This document shows, piece by piece, positions 25,536 through 28,713 of a stretch of 28,713 nucleotides of DNA. A program made the position numbers and the translations under genes. Below the pieces are notes generated by a model, which saw nothing but the letters and a program-made list of their open reading frames with translations, ran no database searches and was not told the origin of the DNA. This stretch comes from Vicinamibacteria bacterium. Its GTDB lineage: Bacteria > Acidobacteriota > Vicinamibacteria > Fen-336 > JAGNNV01. Location: NCBI GenBank assembly GCA_031405615.1, contig JANNJB010000268.1, forward strand, positions 1 through 28,713. The letters run 5' to 3'. Every line of letters begins with the position of its first letter. Within the stretch, counting starts at the first letter, position 1.

Positions 25536-27136
25536 ACCCCAGGATCCGCATCCTCCTTTGCGACGATCACCCCCTGCTTCGCGAGGGCCTGCGGGCCATC
25601 CTGCGCGAGCACCCGGGCTTCGAAGTGGTGGGCGAGGCAAAGAACGGACTCGAGGCGGTCAGCCAGTTCAAGACTCTTCGGCCGGATGTGGCCCTGATGG
25701 ATATCGACATGCCGGAGTTGTCGGGGCTCGAGGCAACCAAGCGCATTGTGGAGGCGCGACTGCCGGGGAAAGTGCTGATCCTCAGTTTGTACGATGACGA
25801 GGACCTGATCGCCGGGTGCCTCGACGCCGGCGCGGCCGGCTATGTGCTGAAGGACGGGCCCACCTCCGAACTCCTCTTCGCGATCGAGGCCGCGCATCGG
25901 GGTGAGAGGTACATGAGCCCGCGCGCTCTCTCCGTGGTCATCGAACATGCGCGCGAGGGCGGAGACAAGACGGGAACCCGTTACGACCTCTTAACCGACC
26001 GGGAGCGCGAGGTGCTGCGACGCCTTGCCGACGGCCACTCGAGCAAGGACATCGCTTTGACCCTGAATCTGAGCATCAAGACCGTCGAGGCCCACAAGTA
26101 CAACCTGATGCGGAAGCTCGATATCCACAACCGCGCGGATCTCGTGAAGTACGCGATCCGCAAGAAGCTGGTGCACGTGGGCGCCCTGGTGCTGAGCTTC
26201 GGCGCGAGCCTGGTCAGCGGAGCAATTCAGCCCTCCCAACCCGCGCGGATCGAGGAGATGAGCGGGGCCGTGACCTGGATCGGATCGTGGTCGACAAACG
26301 CGCTGCCCGCGAACAGCGGAGGCGGCGCCCGACTTGCGATGGAGAAAGGAACCGAGGCCCGCCTCGACTTTGTGGGCACGTCCGTCGCCTGGATCGGTTA
26401 CCGGGACGAATGGTCAGGCCTTGCCGATGTTCTCCTCGACGGCGAGCTCCAGGCCACGATCGATACTTTCGCGAAACCCGCCCAGGCGCAGGCGACGCTC
26501 TTCCAGGCTCACGGCCTGCGCGAAGGACGGCACACCCTCACCATCCGGCCCAAAGGAAATCATCAGAAGGACTCCGCGGGCTCGTGGGTGTGGGTGGATG
26601 CCTTCATTGTCGGGGAGACTCGAGAAGACCCACCCCCCTTCGACCGTTCGGTCTCCGGGAGCCGGCGTGACCGCTTGGGAAACTCGGCCGAGTCCGAGCC
26701 GCGGTCCTCCGACCCGGACCGAAGGATGGCCTCTCGACGTGAGACCGGCCCTGCGCGGATACAGCTCGATCAGGAAGACAAAGCCGTGACCTGGGAGGGT
26801 TCCTGGTCCACCAACCGACTCCCCGTTCATCGCGGTCGCAGCGCCCGGCTCGCCATGGACAGCACGTCCTCGGTGTCCCTCACCTTCACCGGCACCGGGG
26901 TGAGCTGGATCGGCTACCGCGACGAATGGTCGGGAATCGCCGAAGTCCTTCTCGACGGAAAACTCCGCGCCACCGTGGATACCTATTCTCCGGCCGCCCG
27001 CGGTCAAGTCGAGCTCTACACCATTGACGGTCTTCGCGACGAGTCCCACACCCTGACCATTCAACCCACGAGCCGCCGAAGTCCAAAGTCCGGCGGGGCC
27101 TGGATCTGGGTGGATGGGTTCTTGATCGCGCGCTGA
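25532..27136 (+). CDS. NarL/FixJ-family response regulator (REC + LuxR HTH) fused to a hydrophobic segment and two carbohydrate-binding-like beta-sandwich repeats
   Basis: ILLCDDH, LMDIDMP (phospho-Asp), ILSL, YVLK; LTDREREVLRRLADGHSSKDIA...SIKTVEAHKYNLMRKL HTH; then RKK-LVHVGALVLSFGASLVSGAI and repeats at 26243-26611 and 26759-27133. No internal stop; GTGA overlap with the kinase. Confidence 0.85.
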   Translation: MNPRIRILLCDDHPLLREGLRAILREHPGFEVVGEAKNGLEAVSQFKTLRPDVALMDIDMPELSGLEATKRIVEARLPGKVLILSLYDDEDLIAGCLDAGAAGYVLKDGPTSELLFAIEAAHRGERYMSPRALSVVIEHAREGGDKTGTRYDLLTDREREVLRRLADGHSSKDIALTLNLSIKTVEAHKYNLMRKLDIHNRADLVKYAIRKKLVHVGALVLSFGASLVSGAIQPSQPARIEEMSGAVTWIGSWSTNALPANSGGGARLAMEKGTEARLDFVGTSVAWIGYRDEWSGLADVLLDGELQATIDTFAKPAQAQATLFQAHGLREGRHTLTIRPKGNHQKDSAGSWVWVDAFIVGETREDPPPFDRSVSGSRRDRLGNSAESEPRSSDPDRRMASRRETGPARIQLDQEDKAVTWEGSWSTNRLPVHRGRSARLAMDSTSSVSLTFTGTGVSWIGYRDEWSGIAEVLLDGKLRATVDTYSPAARGQVELYTIDGLRDESHTLTIQPTSRRSPKSGGAWIWVDGFLIAR

Positions 27137-27734
27137 TGTGGGAACTTCGCGCACTCTTTTCCCTGTGGGGCCTCACGCTCGTCCCTGACCCGGTGCTTCT
27201 CGACTCGGGGGGGCTGCGGCCTCGAGCAGCCTTCTCACCGCGGGCGGAAACAGCATTCGCAGGAACGGCGTCAACACTCAGGGCGTGATCACAACCGCGC
27301 CGCCGCAGTAGCGAGACGGCGGCACAGAGCCGCCGCCTCGCTCAAGGCGTTCGAGATCAGCGCGAGACCGCGAAGGCATCCACCCAGATCCACGAGCCGG
27401 CCGCACCCGGTCGTCGCGTGCCTGTCACCTCGATGGTGAGAGAGTGCGTGCCGTTCGATAGACCGCTGATGGTGTAGAGCGTGGCCTGCGAAACGTCGCT
27501 TGGGGCATAGGTGTCGACCGTCCCCTTCACCACGCCGTCCACTTTGATCGTGGCGATACCCGACCATTCGTCACGGTAGCCGATCCAGGAGGCGCCTTTT
27601 CCTGAGAACACGAAGGTGGCGGTGGACCCTTGGTCCATCGAAAGCACCGCGCTGCCGCCGCTGTTTGTCGCTTGACCGTTGGGCGCCCAGGATCCCGCGT
27701 AGCTGACGCTCGAGCTGTTCTGCTCGATGAGGCT
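26243..27734. repeat. Three copies of a ~125-aa domain (26243-26611 +, 26759-27133 +, 27360-27734 -) with invariant WIGYRDEWSG
   Basis: Gap-free alignment by eye. Hand counts: 63/123 identical between copies 1 and 2, 59/125 between copies 2 and 3. Shared GSW, WIGYRDEWSG, DG...T(V/I)DT, GL...H(T/S)LTI, W(I/V)WVD(A/G)F. Confidence 0.9.
27310..27342 (-). terminator. GC-rich stem-loop between convergent genes (terminator-like, no U-tract)
   Basis: AGCGAGACGGCGGC-ACAGA-GCCGCCGCCTCGCT: 14-bp stem with one A/C mismatch on the + strand that becomes a G.U pair in the minus-strand RNA; about 15 nt past the stop of the minus-strand gene. Confidence 0.5.
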
Positions 27735-28712
27735 GCCGCCACCCGCCGGAGGAGCCGGAGCCGGCGCGGGTGCCGGGGTCGGAGTGGTCGGAGAAGTCGG
27801 AGGAGTCGGGGGCGGGGTGGGCAAGGGAGTTCCCGCCGGCTCGGTCGAAGGCGCGGTGGCGGAGCCTGAAACCTGGATCATGTAGGCATCGGAGTACAGG
27901 CTCGGGTAACCGCGAATCGATTGCAGAGAATAGTTGCTCGTGAACGCGAGCTTGCTGCCGTCGCGGCTCGACGTCACCTTCGGCTGGTAGACATAGCTGT
28001 CCCCGCCGAAGGGACGGCTGCGGTGATGAACCAGCCGGCGGGTTTCAGAACCGTCGAGCTTCACCTGGAGGATCTCGTTCACATAAGGCGCCCATGCCGA
28101 GGACTGAGGAAAGGGATCGCTTGGAGCGTAGGTCTCGACAAAGGCCCAGCCGTTGCCGTCCGGCGCGGTGATGTGGACGGCGAGGCTCCAACTGAGCTGC
28201 AGAAGGCAGGTCTGCTGGGCGTCCGAGAGGCGCACTTTCACGATGCCGTTCTGGCAGGCGATGGGCTGTGCGTCAGCCGAGTTGTTCCAGATCAGGACAT
28301 CCTGGCCGTTGTCGACGGTGAGCTTCATGTGGCCGATCGCATGAGTGAGCTGACGCTGGAAGTTCATGTTGCGATCGAAGAGTTCGACGCCCGTGTACCG
28401 GCCCGAGCCGTTCGCGATCCAGCCAACCGCCACGCTGTTGTTCGACGCGATGTAGAGCTGGTTGAAGGCGTTTCCACCGGTGTCGAGGGTCTGACCCTTG
28501 GTGCCGGAGCTGATTTCGTAGACGAAGACGTGCCGGTTGTCCCCGGCGAAGACGAAGTGATCGCCGTCGCGGCTGATGTCCGACTCGCCCATGCCGTTGA
28601 TGGATCCGTATTCGCTGAACGTCTTGACCACCGAGGAAGACCCGGAGCCCACATTGAGCTTCATGAGGCTGTTTCCCTTCACATAGAAGAGAGAGTTCGG
28701 ATCGGTGCGCGA
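27357..28712 (-). CDS. 5'-truncated protein: beta-propeller (TolB/oligogalacturonate-lyase-like) + Pro/Thr-rich linker + C-terminal carbohydrate-binding-like domain; probably extracytoplasmic
   Basis: Frame is open to the window edge (SRTDPNSLFYVKGNSLMK...). Propeller-type motifs DISRDGDHFVF, HITAPDGNGW, YQPKVTSSRDGSKLAFTSNY; linker TPPPTPPTSPTTPTPAPAPAPAPP; C-terminal WIGYRDEWSG domain. Confidence 0.8.
   Translation of the reverse strand, partial: SRTDPNSLFYVKGNSLMKLNVGSGSSSVVKTFSEYGSINGMGESDISRDGDHFVFAGDNRHVFVYEISSGTKGQTLDTGGNAFNQLYIASNNSVAVGWIANGSGRYTGVELFDRNMNFQRQLTHAIGHMKLTVDNGQDVLIWNNSADAQPIACQNGIVKVRLSDAQQTCLLQLSWSLAVHITAPDGNGWAFVETYAPSDPFPQSSAWAPYVNEILQVKLDGSETRRLVHHRSRPFGGDSYVYQPKVTSSRDGSKLAFTSNYSLQSIRGYPSLYSDAYMIQVSGSATAPSTEPAGTPLPTPPPTPPTSPTTPTPAPAPAPAPPAGGGSLIEQNSSSVSYAGSWAPNGQATNSGGSAVLSMDQGSTATFVFSGKGASWIGYRDEWSGIATIKVDGVVKGTVDTYAPSDVSQATLYTISGLSNGTHSLTIEVTGTRRPGAAGSWIWVDAFAVSR
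27735..27868 (-). repeat. Low-complexity Pro/Thr/Ala linker
   Basis: Encodes SGSATAPSTEPAGTPLPTPPPTPPTSPTTPTPAPAPAPAPPAGGG, typical of inter-domain linkers in modular carbohydrate-active proteins. Confidence 0.8.
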
Positions 28713-28713
28713 C

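Noticed and set aside
27207-27213. G7 homopolymer as a contingency locus
   Set aside because: Short, and lies in intergenic sequence or a doubtful small ORF; no evidence of function.
27735-27868. GGAGCC/GGAGT-type short repeats as a tandem-repeat element or CRISPR-like array
   Set aside because: They encode the Pro/Thr/Ala linker; there is no repeat-spacer structure.
1-28713. tRNA, rRNA, IS/transposase, integrase, CRISPR or cas genes; operon promoter
   Set aside because: None recognised. The window is almost entirely coding, and the operon's promoter must lie upstream of position 1.

Overview
GC-rich bacterial DNA. Positions 1-27136 form one uninterrupted + strand operon of about 19 complete genes plus an upstream fragment, nearly all joined by overlapping stop/start codons. 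It encodes a Wzy-dependent exopolysaccharide or capsule pathway resembling PEP-CTERM/exosortase-associated EPS loci. Assembly genes: split Wzc (chain-length protein plus BY-kinase), a WcaJ-type priming transferase, a Wzy/O-antigen-ligase-family protein, and several glycosyltransferases. Tailoring genes: three CelD/BcsL-type GNATs, a DegT-family aminotransferase, an AsnB-type amidotransferase, two SAM methyltransferases, a polysaccharide deacetylase, UDP-GlcNAc 2-epimerase and a heparinase II/III-like protein. Three genes are in-frame domain fusions: deacetylase-GT4, beta-helix-GT2, and a NarL-type response regulator extended by a hydrophobic segment and two ~125-aa carbohydrate-binding-like beta-sandwich repeats. 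The regulator's partner histidine kinase has no membrane segment. A third copy of the same repeat (invariant WIGYRDEWSG) ends the convergent, 5'-truncated beta-propeller gene at 27357->28713. This regulator/kinase/propeller trio is the best candidate for an undescribed system: a topologically inverted two-component module that may sense the polysaccharide outside the cytoplasm. No rRNA, tRNA, CRISPR array or mobile element was seen. Many ORF-track starts are over-extended upstream and are corrected here. Family assignments come from motif recognition by eye, not database searches.
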